The notes under the pieces: model-generated
What the model saw: only the letters and a program-made list of their open reading frames with translations
Told to the model about the DNA's origin: nothing
Databases searched by the model: none
Part shown: positions 13,193 through 27,047 of the stretch, in pieces
Layout: every line of letters begins with the position of its first letter
Numbering within the stretch: the first letter of the stretch is position 1
Program-made: the position numbers and the translations under genes
Origin: Paraspadella gotoi
Taxonomy: Eukaryota; Animalia; Chaetognatha
Direction: 5' to 3'
NCBI GenBank assembly: GCA_051294375.1
Contig: CM119269.1
Span: forward strand, 18,976,418-19,040,417
DNA: 64,000 nucleotides

Positions 13193-15730
13193 GCCTTTTT
13201 ATCTTTAGTCCCCAGCAGAAACAATCGATTAATCATTACGAAATCACTGGAAGGAAAAAGGCTGTATGAAACAATGACTCTTTATCGGATTTTATCTCGT
13301 TGTATATAAATGTCAATTCACATTTTTTTTCTCAATGCGTCTTATACTCCAATCGCTGGAGATTTTTTGATCCTTCGTTTTACGATTAGAGAACTGAAGA
13401 AAAAAAAAATTTCGTGCTGAACAATAGTAGAATTCATATTTTGACTCCAAACCTAAAGAAAAAAAATTCTGTCTCATCCTCCTTTTCCGAGGTCCATATT
13501 CCTTTCTCCCCTTATCTTAGTCACTCTCCTTTCCTTCCTCCACATTTTGCTCTCTCTCTTTTCCCTGGATGTAAAAGAAATCGTCTTGGATAACGGATGT
13601 AACTGGTTTTCCTATTTGGCGAAGAAGAGTTTGAGAAGAGCGACGTTTTCATTGGCGAAATGATCTCGTTTTCGTGGCGAATTTTGATTGGGAAATGAGC
13701 AAAGAGTGAGACATTTACGCAAATGGAAAAAAAAAATATAATAACACGTATATGATAATTTTCTTTGCCTATGTTTAAGTTTTTTCTGTTTTTGAAAAAA
13801 GAAATAAATTATAATTGTAAATACGTTCTGCACATGTCCCTTCTAAACTGCTGCTTTGCTCAAGTAACTCTTCTCAAAACNNNNNNNNNNNNNNNNNNNN
13901 NNNNNGCCCGCCCTCCCCCCACTCTCGTTGAGCGTGGGGGACGAAGAATAGTTTCTGGGAAACGAATACTCGCAGGATTCGGATGGGACACTCGATGCAG
14001 CGGAATTCGTTGGATACGCACAGGGATAGGTGAAACATACTACAAGATTATTATTCATGCGAGCGTGTGGACAAACGCGAAAGCTGGACGAACCGATTCC
14101 CGACTAATCTGTTTCGCTTTGACCAAAAAGTTTCCCTGGGGCCTCAACTCGACAGGATTCTCTCTCTCTCTCTCTCTCTCTCTCNNNNNNNNNNNNNNNN
14201 NNNNNNNNNNNNNNNNNNNNNNNNNNNNNNNNNNNNNNNNNNNNNNNNNNNNNNNNNNNNNNNNNNNNNNNNNNNNNNNNNNNNNNNNNNNNNNTTTTTT
14301 TTTTTCAAATTCTAGATTTCTAAGTTGCAGAGATTTATAGTCCGTGCTGGTTTTGGTATTTTGGATCCATTCTTTGCCACGAATTTAGTTTTATCAATCT
14401 TATTTTTAACGTCAAATTAATACCAGACTTTAGACGAAGATTTTTTTCCTCCCAATTTCTGACATAAACGAATAATTTTGTTATAATACTAATTACGTCA
14501 ATAACTAAGACAGTTTTAATAGGGGATTGAGTTGGTAATGATGAATCATGAAGAGAGGGGACGATAAGGAAAGGTCCATGTTGAGCTAAATTTTGAGAGC
14601 AAAGAAATCATTCGTCAGAAAATTAATAATGATGAAAGATAGTTGATGTCAAACGAACGATATATCCTGTGGAACCATGCCATTACTCTAACGAGTTCTG
14701 ATAGAAAAAGTTCAGTCGTTCCCTTGACCGGGGAGACCCGTTGTCCAAATGTTTATCGCGCCGCAATTTGATTTAGCGTATCGGCCGGACGGGCGACGGT
14801 TTCCGAAACCAGCGGTTTTATCTATTATTGTATACATGCACGAATGCTGCGACTTTTACTTTTTACTCTTTTATCTTTACATGATTTTAACCTTTACAAT
14901 GTACATATTTAAATTGTTTCTTATATCTTTTCGTTACCTTTGCGATAATCTGTGAGAATTTTTACGTAGTTTAACATCCATACAAACTTTTTAATGAACA
15001 GAATAGCGACAGAAATGAAAAACAATGATACTATGTAGTCTACGTTGTAGATTAGGATTTTCATCAGTCGACCAAACCAAGTGTGAAAGATAAAAACAAA
15101 TTAAAAAAAAAAATATTTGATGACGTGGAAAATCACTGATTTTTTTAAAGATAACTACTATGAGGACGACGACGACGACGACGATTCGAACGACTTCCGC
15201 AATTTTTTACTTCGTCAAACTCATCATCACCAGAGAGAAGAGAAGGTGGAAAAGGTGGTGTGGGGGAAGGGTGGGGAAAGGTGGGGGAAGGGTGGGAAAT
15301 AGGGCAGAGAGACTCAGGTGGGCAGAGTGCCAACGTGGATAGAAAGGAAGAGTGGTGAGAGGTGGTTATTGGAACGACTGGAGGGAAGTGACGAGTAGAA
15401 AACGAGAGAAGTCGATTTGCATTTTTTTGCGGCGATGAAGTTGATTTAAAGACGATGACGATGACAACGACGATGGCGACGACGACGACGACGACGGCGA
15501 AAAAAAGAAATATCCTCGTCCGTTTGACCGACGGAGTCGAGCGACGAAGTCACGCGATGAATTTCCTTTTATTGGATAAAGAGAAAAAAAAAGAGAAAAA
15601 GAAGGAAAAAAAATGGAAAAAGTTTCCCCATTTTTCTCGTTTTATTGGAGATAGAAGAAAAAAAAGGACGATGAAAGTGAGAAAGAGAAAAAAAAATGTT
15701 TAAGAAATAAGGAGGATAAATTTTAAAATG

Positions 15731-15933
15731 AGAAAAGAAAAGAAAAGAAAAGAAAAGAAAAGAAAAGAAAAGAAAAGAAAAGAAAAGAAAAGAAAAGAAA
15801 TAAAATAGAATAAAATAAAATAAAATAAAATAAAATAAAATAAAATAGAAAAAAATAAAATAAAATAAAATAAAATAAAATAAAATAAAATAAAAAAACA
15901 AAACATAACATAACATAACATAACATAACATAA
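15731..15933. repeat. Compound pentamer microsatellite (GAAAA)n-(TAAAA)n-(TAACA)n
   Basis: Seen directly. Confidence 0.95.
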
Positions 15934-16182
15934 AATGGAAGTAGCAAGAGGATTAAAAAACCAGAATGTAATAAAGTATACATATGAGGAAATCAGAAAA
16001 AAAAAAGAAAAAAGAAAAAAGGGAATAAATGATCCCCGATTTTCTTCTTCGATTTTACTCCCTTTTTTACCCTTGGGATTTCAACCATGGATTTAGAATT
16101 CTAATCAATACAACCCAAATACTTTGATCAGCGTAACCGCGAATTTTCAACGGAAATGTGACGGAATTTCTTTTGGAAAAAC

Positions 16183-16312
<130 letters not shown>

Positions 16313-16501
16313 AGCCACGAAAGCGGCTACAAATTAGCAATAAGTGCGGCAGGGATCGCCCGGTCAGGCGCGGAGCCGATCAGGCAACGAAGGGGCGACC
16401 GACCCGGCACGCCTCCCCCGCCAGAGGGTCGTAGATAACCATCAGAAGCGAAAGGTAAAACACGATGATGACAAGATGTGTTCGCTGGGATTGATGGGAA
16501 G

Positions 16502-16574
<73 letters not shown>

Positions 16575-17011
16575 CTATTCTTACTTTCTTCTTTCCTTCT
16601 TTCTCCGTTAAGACAGTTAAGACGTTAATATTTCCATTCCTTTTATCGACTCTTTCCAAAAAGCGGAATATATATTGATTTTATTTTCTTACCTGAATCG
16701 CGGGAGAAAGATGAAGCGGTAAAAAAAATGTGGAGAAAAGGAATATAATTCAAACGATTAATCCATGACCGAAACATTAACCAAGCCGTTAATCAGGACT
16801 GTAAAATATCGATTTTTAGAACAACAAAGGGTATTAACTTTTGTTTCAAATAATACTACATAGCTATTTACTAAAAGGATGAAAAGAATAAATTTGAAAG
16901 AAAAAAAAATAATGGAATCCTCATTTCGACGTCCGTCAAAAAATATGATACAAAAAAATAAATGAAAAAAATGCTCTTCGTGTTAATGCTTTATCGTTAT
17001 AATATAGCGAT

Positions 17012-17055
<44 letters not shown>

Positions 17056-17493
17056 CACCTTAGCCTTCTATCGATTTATCGTATCGGAAATTTCGAGACG
17101 CATATACACGATTGCTGTGGGCGGATGTGGGGACGGAAGTGAATAGATTTGTGGATTTGTAGATTTGTGGTTGGGTTGGGAATAAAGGTAGGAGATTTAA
17201 CGTTAGGCGGGAGATGGTAAAAAAAAGAACAAATCTATGGTGGACGGTTTTTGCTTTATTTTTTTTTCGACTGTTTCAAATCTTTCAGCGATCTTACTTA
17301 ATTTTTAATTTAAGTATTAGAAAACGAGATGAGAATAACTAAGAACAGTAGCGCGTATTAAAAATAACTGCGTTGATTCTCTGAACGTGGATCGAATATC
17401 GCGTATACCACATATTGTTTAAACATAAAAAAAATGAAAAATGCTCTGATAAAACGAAATTTAAACGTCTATTCAATGAAACGCAGCGCGTCG

Positions 17494-17566
<73 letters not shown>

Positions 17567-17686
17567 CATTCTCTCCCTCTCTTTAATTCAATAAAATCAC
17601 ATAATAAAAATATACTGCTGGTTTTCGAGCCATAACTGCGAGAGAGGGAAAACTAATTCATTATTAGGAAATGTCTGCCTCTGTCC

Positions 17687-17740
<54 letters not shown>

Positions 17741-18158
17741 CCTGAATTAGAGCCAAACTTTGTCAATGGGGTGGATCAGAAGTTTGATTTGGGAACCTTT
17801 CCAAATGAAACTTCATACATTTCTGAGAAAACTTTCAATGGACCAAAATTTTCTAAAATGGCTAGAAGCATTAGTAATTAATTTTTAAATATTTATTTAT
17901 AGATAGGAAATTTTTTTTTGAATTTTATATTTTTAAAAGCAGAATCAAATAGCTTATGAAAAGTTATCTACACAAAGTATAATTCTTTTTTCAATATTTT
18001 GATGATAAGTAGGTTAAAATTGGGAAAAACCTTAAAAAATCATCATCATCATCATCATCCGATGATTTTAGCAGTTTTTACTAATTTTTAGTAATAAAAC
18101 ATCAAAATTTTAAAAAGTTTTAATTATATTTTTTGCTTAACTTTTTAAGCTCTATCAG

Positions 18159-18453
18159 AATCAATTAAAAAAACTTAAAATATCAAAAAAATTTTTTGAC
18201 ATTATATAGTAATATAATAATATTAATTAGCGAATTACTCATGGTTCGGAACATTTTTGCCAAAAAATATTTTAACACAATAATAACACAATAATATTTT
18301 AACACAATAATAACACAATAATATCAAAATCAATTTAAAAAAACTTAAAATATAAAAAAAATTGTTGACATTATATAGTAATATAATAATATTAATTAGC
18401 AAATTACTCATGGTTCGGAACATTTTTGCAAAAAAATATTTTAACACAATAAT
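18159..18453. repeat. Local tandem duplication, period ~169 bp, AT-rich
   Basis: TTGACATTATATAGTAATATAATAATATTAATTAGCRAATTACTCATGGTTCGGAACATTTTTGC occurs twice with a few substitutions in the flanks. Confidence 0.9.
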
Positions 18454-19021
18454 TAATACCAATAATGGATTAGTTTAATGCTGTTCTCATTAAAATTTGA
18501 ATTCGGTCGGCTACCGCTACCTGAATCAAGCCAAACACCAAAGTTTGAGCTCTCGTTACCACATTGTCTAGATGTGAAATGCGGAATGAAAATTCAGGAA
18601 AAATCAGTTCAGGAAAAAAAAATCGCGAAATTTTATTCAATTTTTTTATTCGGCGTGAAAATTTTAGGGATTTTTTTAACTTCTCCCAATATTTCTTATT
18701 TTTTCTCTTTTTCAATAAACCTTTTCTGTCGAATCTGGAACGATGCTTCTATGTTAAAACTATTTTTGTAGATATTCAAATTCGCAATACATTTATAATT
18801 TGATAAAACCTCGACGTCGTTTTTGGCCTCGAACGCTGAAACCAAGCTGGACCAAGAAAGGTCGTCGATGGGAAAAGTCGGTGGCGGCGAAAAACTTTGA
18901 GTGGAAATATGAAAGAAAAAGACATTTTTCGGCAGAAACCATGTCGCTTTGTCAGTATTTCCATTTCCGTTTGTTTGTCAACTATCCCTTACGTCTTCCT
19001 TCTAGTCTGTGTTTCTTTATA

Positions 19022-19100
19022 AAGGTTCAAAGGTACGAAGTTACGAAGGTTCCAAGGTTCCAAGGTTCCAAGGTTCGAAGGTTCAAATGTTCAAAGGTTG
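19022..19100. repeat. Degenerate 8-bp tandem repeat (AAGGTTCN) x~9-10
   Basis: Seen directly. Confidence 0.85.
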
Positions 19101-19520
19101 ATTAAGTAAAAAAAAAAATCAAAGATAGAACATTCAGACAGTCACGTTTTTCTTTCGATCTCGAAGTGAAAAATGTTTTAACTCTAATGTTCAAATCGTG
19201 TTTTTTTTTTACATTTTGAAATTCAGCTTTGAAATTCAACCTATTTCACATAGGAATTCAAAATTTATTATGGAACAAATTTAAATCATTATGAATAATA
19301 AAGTTAGATCTTTCGGTTTTACACTCTCTCCCTCTATATTTGTTTTTCATGTTTTCTTTTTTGGGGAAAAGGTGATAAAACGGGACTTTGCAAGAAAAAA
19401 AAATACTTAACGTCGATGGTCTTTTAGTCTTTTTCAGATATTTTATCAGGAAAACTGCTTTTTTCATCTTTCTTTATTTCTTTTATAGTTTTTTATTTCT
19501 ATTTTTTCTATTTTTTTTCT

Positions 19521-19607
<87 letters not shown>

Positions 19608-20683
19608 CTCTTTCTTGCTTTCTTGTTTTCTTGCTTTCTTCCTTTTTTTCATTCTATCTTTTTTTTCCTATTCGCCTTCTATTTTTCACCAGATTCGTTA
19701 AAAATTTCGATAAGGGAGAAAATTCTATGAACATATAAGTGCTATTTGGAGAAGCGACTGACACCTGGGTATGGTCTCAGGTGCCCGCTAAGAAGGTGGC
19801 CGGGTGCCAAGAGAGAAACTCGTAGACTGCCAAAAATGTCAACTTAAGTGGAATCGTAAGTTCGCCGGCAATTAGGGTAAGTGGCCGACGGAAGGCAAGG
19901 ACGGTTCGCTCCTACCTTTAACCACTTTTCGCCACAAAGATTCTCGTGGGTCACGCCGGTCACGAGTGAAGGGCGTTTGAAGAGAAACAGGTGCGAAGAC
20001 TCAAAGACTCTTTAAAGACGACGACGAGTATAAAAAAAAAAGGCGAGAGTCTGAACGACGAGTCACCGAACGATCGGTCGTCTCGCTCTCTGATCCTAAT
20101 TTGCTTCGTTCCTTTCGTTGTCGTTGTTGTTATCGATTCCTCTTCGCGTTCGATGTTTAAGCGTCCTCGACGTCACTATCGCGTTGATCATTCTTAACCC
20201 GGTCGTCATCATCATCGTTCGATCGGCAATCTCCTTATTGTCGTCGCCACGAATGGGAAATTACAGAGTTATTCTATATTCATTATTCAATATTCAATAT
20301 TCATTATTCAATATTCATTCGTTCCTTCGTAATTTATCACCCGAGTTAAAATTTAAATTATATAAATTAAATTATATTGCGGTGAAATCGATGGAAAAGG
20401 AGGAAGGAAAAAGAAAAAAAGAAAATCAAGAATATTCGTCATTCAGCTACTTTGTGTTTGTTATTTTGTGTTTGTATTTTTGTTTCTTTCCCTTTTTTTT
20501 TACTTTTCTTTCTCTGCAGATTGTTCCTTTCCTTTTTCTTTCCTTTCTTTCCTCTTTTTTTCCCCATTTTTTTTTTGGCCAAGAGCGCGGTTTCTTTATG
20601 GACCAATATTTCTTCGGAAGGCGGACGAAGAATCTCGGGAGCAATTTCCTTCAGTGATTGGATCATACCTGTGGAATTGTTGC

Positions 20684-20827
<144 letters not shown>

Positions 20828-22137
20828 GTAGAATGACCCCAAAAAACCATTTGGTCTGTCGCGATCGGAGATTTCGCTTCCGACGAATGAATCGAGTGAA
20901 AATGATAAAAACGAATCGACACCGAATGCTCAATAACTCTCTTTATGTCGATATGTCTGGCTCTATTTTTCTCTGCTTGTCTGTCTGTCACTCTCTATTT
21001 CAAGGCGAGTCTGTCTGCGTCTGTCTGTCCATTCGGCTCACTTTAACTGATTCCGTTCTCTTTTTTTATTTCCACATTATGATATATGCACTGTACTATT
21101 TCTTTTTCTAACGTCATTTTTTTCGCAGTTCATCTTTTCTTTCACCAAAATCTTTCTCATACTAACCAACTTTTTTTTTATCCTCCCATTCATCCCCTTT
21201 CCCTATTTTTACTTTTTTTCTTTTCTTTTCCCCCATTCATCCCCTTTTCTTTCTTTTTTTTCCTTTTCTTTCCTCCCATTCATCCCCTTTTCCTTCTTTT
21301 ACTTCTTCTCTCCACTCACTCACTCTGCCCGCCTCTATTCACCGCTTCATCCCCGAAACCTTTTTTTTTATATTTATTTTGCCTCCAAATTCTGACGAAT
21401 GCAAATATTTATATCGAAAACCAATTTCCGCGTTTCGATTTTATGCTTTCGCTTCGACGTCGACGGCGAAAGAAAAGAAAGAAAAAAAAAGTTCACGAAT
21501 TTCGAAATTGAAGTCGGCGTCATTTTGACGTCGAAGATATTTTCTTTTTCACTTTCGTCAATTTCGTGTCTTAATTTCAAGCTAAATCCGCTGTGATGGT
21601 GGTTTACATTTAATATTTTTTGATAGCTTCAATATCAAATTATTTTTAGTTTAATAATTATTTAATGGGGTAAGTTAATCATTACTTGTTTCACCATACT
21701 TGAAATGTTTTTTTTTAAATATCAAAAAATATATAATTTTATTAAAACAATGAACTTATTTAATTTAAAGAAAATCATTTTTATCTTTAAGAACTCACAA
21801 TTAAATTTCGAAAATGAGCCCTCAACAAATTTTCATGGTATTGTTGACCCGATTATGAGCCTCTATCTAATGAACTTTTACCAATTTCTATTTTATTCCC
21901 ATAAAATTACATTTAAATTAGAATTTATCCATCGAAACCCATGTGCAATGAACTAAGAGACCGACCAAAAAGAGCCTCATATCCGTCACTGAATCTCTAA
22001 AGAGGTGGAAGGGAAAAAAAAATTCAGACTCGATTCCGACAAACGAATCTGAATATTTGAAAGGTAAGCAACAGAAAACAATCAATTTGACTTAGAGAAA
22101 AGAAGAGGGTGGAGAGAGAGAGAGAGAGGAGAGAAGA

Positions 22138-22200
<63 letters not shown>

Positions 22201-22272
22201 GCAATTCCCCCATCCACACCCCAATTCCCCCCTTCCTCCCCCCCGGGCGTTCAACGTTCGCCAAATCGAGTC

Positions 22273-24248
22273 GAGGAGAGAAAAGCAAACAATTAAAAAA
22301 AGGCGGAAAGACTCGAAACGGCGGATTCGACTTAACAACTGTGCGTCGATGCCATCGACCACTGTGGCTCGATATCTTTTCGTGACGAGACGCGAGCGGT
22401 TGCCACTCGCTGGAATGGCATCGTGACGCTCGGTGCAACCCGGCATCACCTCCGCTTAATCCGATTTAGATTTCGGGACAAAACAAAACTCTATGCCTTA
22501 ATCACGATACCGAAAAGACACGAGAGTCAAAACACCAAAGTGCCCCAGTTTCCTTCCTACAAATGGCACTTTGCTTCGCCATCAGCGACCGGCATGTTCT
22601 TTGTAATTGCTTCTTTTTACCCCTCCCCCTCCAAACTCATTCCTTCTTTCTCCACCCCCACCGCATTCCTTTTTGACGATCGCGCCGTTTGGATGGAGTC
22701 ACTCCTGATGACGTCTTTTTCCTGCTGCTCCACGTCGTCGTCGTCATCGTTGTCGTCGTCGTCGTCATCGTTGTTGTTCCTTATTGTCTCCTTTTTTCCC
22801 CCGAGGATTTATACTTGTATATATACACTGTATATATTGTATATATATTGATAATTTTAAATGATCTTAATCGGCTTTACTCATTGTTGTTAACCGTTCT
22901 TATTGTTAATATTATTGTTTTTTTTTTTGCCGTCGGCGAATCTCGCGTCGCCGAAGTCCCGACGCATCGAAAGGGAAAAAAATCTGGTTTGTTACATTCT
23001 TCCGAGACGTCGTCGTCGTCTTTCTCGTCGTCGTCTTACTCGTCGGAGTCATCGTCCTCTTTGGCGTCATCGTCGTCATCGTCGTCGTTGTTCTCATTTT
23101 CACCGACACGCATTTTCGAGAGAGGCTTGAGACCCGAGTGACCCTAAAAAACCAGTCTTCACACTATAGTGACCCCAAGCTCTCCGTGTCTTTATAAGGC
23201 AATGCAGTCTTAAGATGGTATGATTTCCCTATAAATCTTGGAGANNNNNNNNNNNNNNNNNNNNNNNNNGAGGAGAGAAAAGCAAACAATTAAAAAAAGG
23301 CGGAAAGACTCGAAACGGCGGATTCGACTTAACAACTGTGCGTCGATGCCACTCGACCACTGTGGCTCGATATCTTTTCGTGACGAGACGCGAGCGGTTG
23401 CCACTCGCTGGAATGGCATCGTGACGCTCGGTGCAACCCGGCATCACCTCCGCTTAATCCGATTTAGATTTCGGGACAAAACAAAACCTCTATGCCTTAA
23501 TCACGATACCGAAAAGACACGAGAGTCAAAACACCAAAGTGCCACCAGTTTCCTTCCTACAAATGGCACTTTGCTTCGCCATCAGCGACCGGATGTTCTT
23601 TTATTGCTTCTTTTTACCCCCTCCCCCCTCCAAACTCATTCCTTCTTTCTCCACCCCCCACCGCATTCCTTTTTGACGATCGCGCCGTTTGGATGGAGTC
23701 ACTCCTGATGACGTCTTTTTCCTGCTGCTCCACGTCGTCGTCGTCATCGTTGTCGTCGTCGTCGTCATCGTTGTTGTTCCTTATTGTCTCCTTTTTTCCC
23801 CCGAGGATTTATACTTGTATAATATACACTGTATATATTGTATATATATTGATAATTTTAAATGATCTTAATCGGCTTTACTCATTGTTGTTAACCGTTC
23901 TTATTGTTAATATTATTGTTTTTGTTTTTGCCGTCGGCGAATCTCGCGTCGCCGAAGTCCCGACGCATCGAAAGGGAAAAAAAAATCTGGTTTGTTTACA
24001 TCTTCCGAGACGTCGTCGTCGTCTTTCTCGTCGTCGTCTTACTCGTCGGAGTCATCGTCCTCTTTGGCGTCATCGTCGTCATCGTCGTCGTTGTTCTCAT
24101 TTTCACCGACACGCATTTTCGAGAGAGGCTTGAGACCCGAGTGACCCTAAAAAACCAGGTCTTCACACTATAGTGACCCCAAGCTCTCCGTGTCTTTATA
24201 AGGCAATGCAGTCTTAAGATGGTATGATTTCCCTATAAATCTTGGAGA
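22273..24248. repeat. ~975 bp direct duplication (22273-23244 vs 23270-24248) across a 25-N gap; probable assembly overlap artefact
   Basis: Near-identical copies differing mostly by 1-2 nt indels; each copy ends or starts exactly at the gap. Confidence 0.9.
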
Positions 24249-24850
24249 GCGAGCGTCCACTTTTAAGACGAGGCTTTTCAAGGCGACCACATAATTTAAC
24301 CATCGAGTATCACGAAGCCTTCACTATCTAGCGACCTCGTGGACTAAAGCTTTTCGTCTGAATTTTTTTTCTCCCCAATTTTAACTCTGCATCAAATAGC
24401 GATTATTTTGTTAATATGAGGCGAGTAAGCGTTGATGATGTCACAATATCATCAATGCAAAGCCTGACATTTCCATTAGTGACGTCAGGACAGGAAACGT
24501 TGGCAACCTTAAATGCGAGCAACGCTTTTACCGGAGTCATTAGCGGCGACGACGCAGCACTGAAAAATGGTGGCGTTGGCGCGGCGCCGTTGGCGTTGGC
24601 GCTACTCCATTGACGTTGGTAGTCTGGAGCCCCGTCAGGCCCGACCTTCAATAAAAATCTTTATGACCGCGACAAAAGACGCCATCGGGACGAAAAGATA
24701 CTCTTATNNNNNNNNNNNNNNNNNNNNNNNNNNNNNNNNNNNNNNNNNNNNNNNNNNNNNNNNNNNNNNNNNNNNNNNNNNNNNNNNNNNNNNNNNNNNN
24801 NNNNNNNNNNNNNNNNNNNNNNNNNNNNNNNNNNNNNNNNNNNNNNNNNN

Positions 24851-24885
<35 letters not shown>

Positions 24886-25090
24886 CGAGTACGTATAATG
24901 TTTTCTTCGGTACTGTCTATTTTGTTACCTTTAAATTCGGATATCCCAAATAAGCTGTTGTCCGCTTCTAATACCTTTAACTTTCTGGCCTTTTTTAAAA
25001 TTTCTCTACTCTTCATTTTCGTTAAAACTTCAATCCTTGACTAAAAGTTCCTGTCTTCACACTTCATCGTCTTTCTGACTTCAGTTTCAA

Positions 25091-25227
<137 letters not shown>

Positions 25228-25302
25228 GAAGGGGACTTGAGAGAGAACGAATTCGTAGTATCTCATTTTTATTTCATTTTCCTTCATTTTCCTTTCCATC
25301 CT

Positions 25303-25403
25303 GCGGCGGCGAAGGCGGCAGCGAAGGCGGCAGCGAAGGCGGCGGCGTTGGCGGCGGCGAAGGCGGCGGCGAAGGCGGCGGCGAAGGCGGCGTTGGCGGC
25401 GGC
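25303..25403. repeat. GC-rich 12-bp minisatellite (GGCGGCGGCGAA-like) x~8
   Basis: Seen directly; lies just before an N gap. Confidence 0.85.
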
Positions 25404-25948
25404 TTCCGGCTAAGTGGATTAGCGTGAAGCGGCGTGNNNNNNNNNNNNNNNNNNNNNNNNNNNNNNNNNNNNNNNNNNNNNNNNNNNNNNNNNNNNNNNN
25501 NNNNNNNNNNNNNNNNNNNNNNNNNNNNNNNNNNNNNNNNNNNNNNNNNNNNNNNNNNNNNNNNNNNNNNNNNNNNNNNNNNNNNNNNNNNNNNNNNNNN
25601 NNNNNNNNNNNNNNNNNNNNNNNNNNNNNNNNNNNNNNNNNNNNNNNNGTATAAAAAAAGGGAAAAAGCGGAATCGTAAACAGCGGCGCAAATCGAATCT
25701 GCTTTCACTAAATATTTGATGTTCTATTTAAGAAACTTCGATCCTGGCTTTTGCTGGTTGCGTGGGGGGGCCGTGGGAGGGGGCGGATAATTGACAGACA
25801 GGGCGAGCAGGAAATGAGATGGAAATAGTTAAGTTCGTAATCAGGAGTTGAGAATTGAAAATTTAAAATGGAAGAAGGATTAAAATAGTGAGACAATTTG
25901 AATATTTACGTATTTGTCAATACTCAACAGTGAAATACATTTAAAAAA

Positions 25949-26021
25949 AAAGATTAAAGATTAAAGATTAAAGATTAAAGATTAAAGATTAAAGATTAAA
26001 GATTAAAGATTAAAGATTAAA
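25949..26021. repeat. Heptamer microsatellite (AAAGATT) x~10
   Basis: Seen directly. Confidence 0.95.
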
Positions 26022-26180
26022 ATAACATAAAGTTGATAACAGATATGCAGCGCGAAAGCCGAAGAAGAAAAAATGAAAAAGAGAAAAAGAGAGACACGCG
26101 ACAGACCAACAGTTTTTCGAAGTTGGAGCCAAATATAATGGAAAGAGATTTTCTTTGTTTGGAAAAAAATGGATTTTCAG

Positions 26181-26318
26181 GGGACCAGACAAACGACTGG
26201 AATATCCGCGTGAAGAATCGAGAAAAGACTGGGAGACATCTTTGTGGAAACCAATGATATTCGTTGCAATAATAGGTATCATAATTACAATGATTACAAT
26301 GTCACAGGAACTTGACAA
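26181..26318 (+). CDS. Candidate isolated 138-nt internal exon encoding GPDKRLEYPREESRKDWETSLWKPMIFVAIIGIIITMITMSQELD(K), with a hydrophobic TM-like stretch
   Basis: TTTTCAG|G acceptor, AA|GTAAGT donor, length divisible by 3, one open frame. No partner exon or homology recognised. Confidence 0.25.
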
Positions 26319-27010
26319 GTAAGTACGCAGCAAATGTAATAGCCGATTCACTCAAATGACCTCTTCAATTCTGGGACAAACTTTTCGGCCCTCTTCCCTC
26401 CTCGGCCAACAAGTTCAAAACATTCTCAACTCATCTCTCAACTTTTGCGAAGGAAATTTGTTCCACTTAAAACGAATCAAAGGCTGAGGATTTTTTTCCC
26501 CTTCGCAACCGCTCCTCGCCTTTTTTGCTGACGCCACAAAAAAGAACAAAGTTTTTTTTTTTTTTATAAATATTTTTTTCCTCGCGTTCGCCGAATACTG
26601 ATGCAGAAGTATGTGAGGACAAAGTCCTCTTCTCCTCTCTTCTCCTCTTTCTCTCTCTCTCTCTCTCTCTCTCCTTCTCTTCCTCTCTTCTCTCTCTCTC
26701 TCTCTCTCTCTCCCTCTCCCGAAGGGGAAATGGACGCGTCCGCAGTCTTAATGCTGATTCAAAACATTCATCGTCGGAAGGCAGAGAGAGAGAGAAAAAA
26801 AAACACATATCAGTTTTGGTAAGAAAGTTCGGGGGTCATTTTGGCAGCCATTAATGATGGAGGAGAATGAGAGGGAGGGAGGGAGGGGAAAAGTGAGGGG
26901 GGAGGAGGAAAGGGAGGGGGAGGAAGGAAAGAAGGGGGGGAAGGAGAAGGAAGACCGCGAGGCCGTTTGGAGTTAGACGACTGAAAATATGCAAATGTGG
27001 AAAATATAGA

Positions 27011-27047
<37 letters not shown>

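Noticed and set aside
24403-24651. 82-aa minus ORF (GPDGAPDYQRQW...)
   Set aside because: No convincing acceptor/donor pair and no homology recognised; cannot be supported.
25274-25436. Extensin-like SPPP repeat peptide on the minus strand
   Set aside because: Explained by a 12-bp GC minisatellite; truncated by a gap, with no splice evidence.
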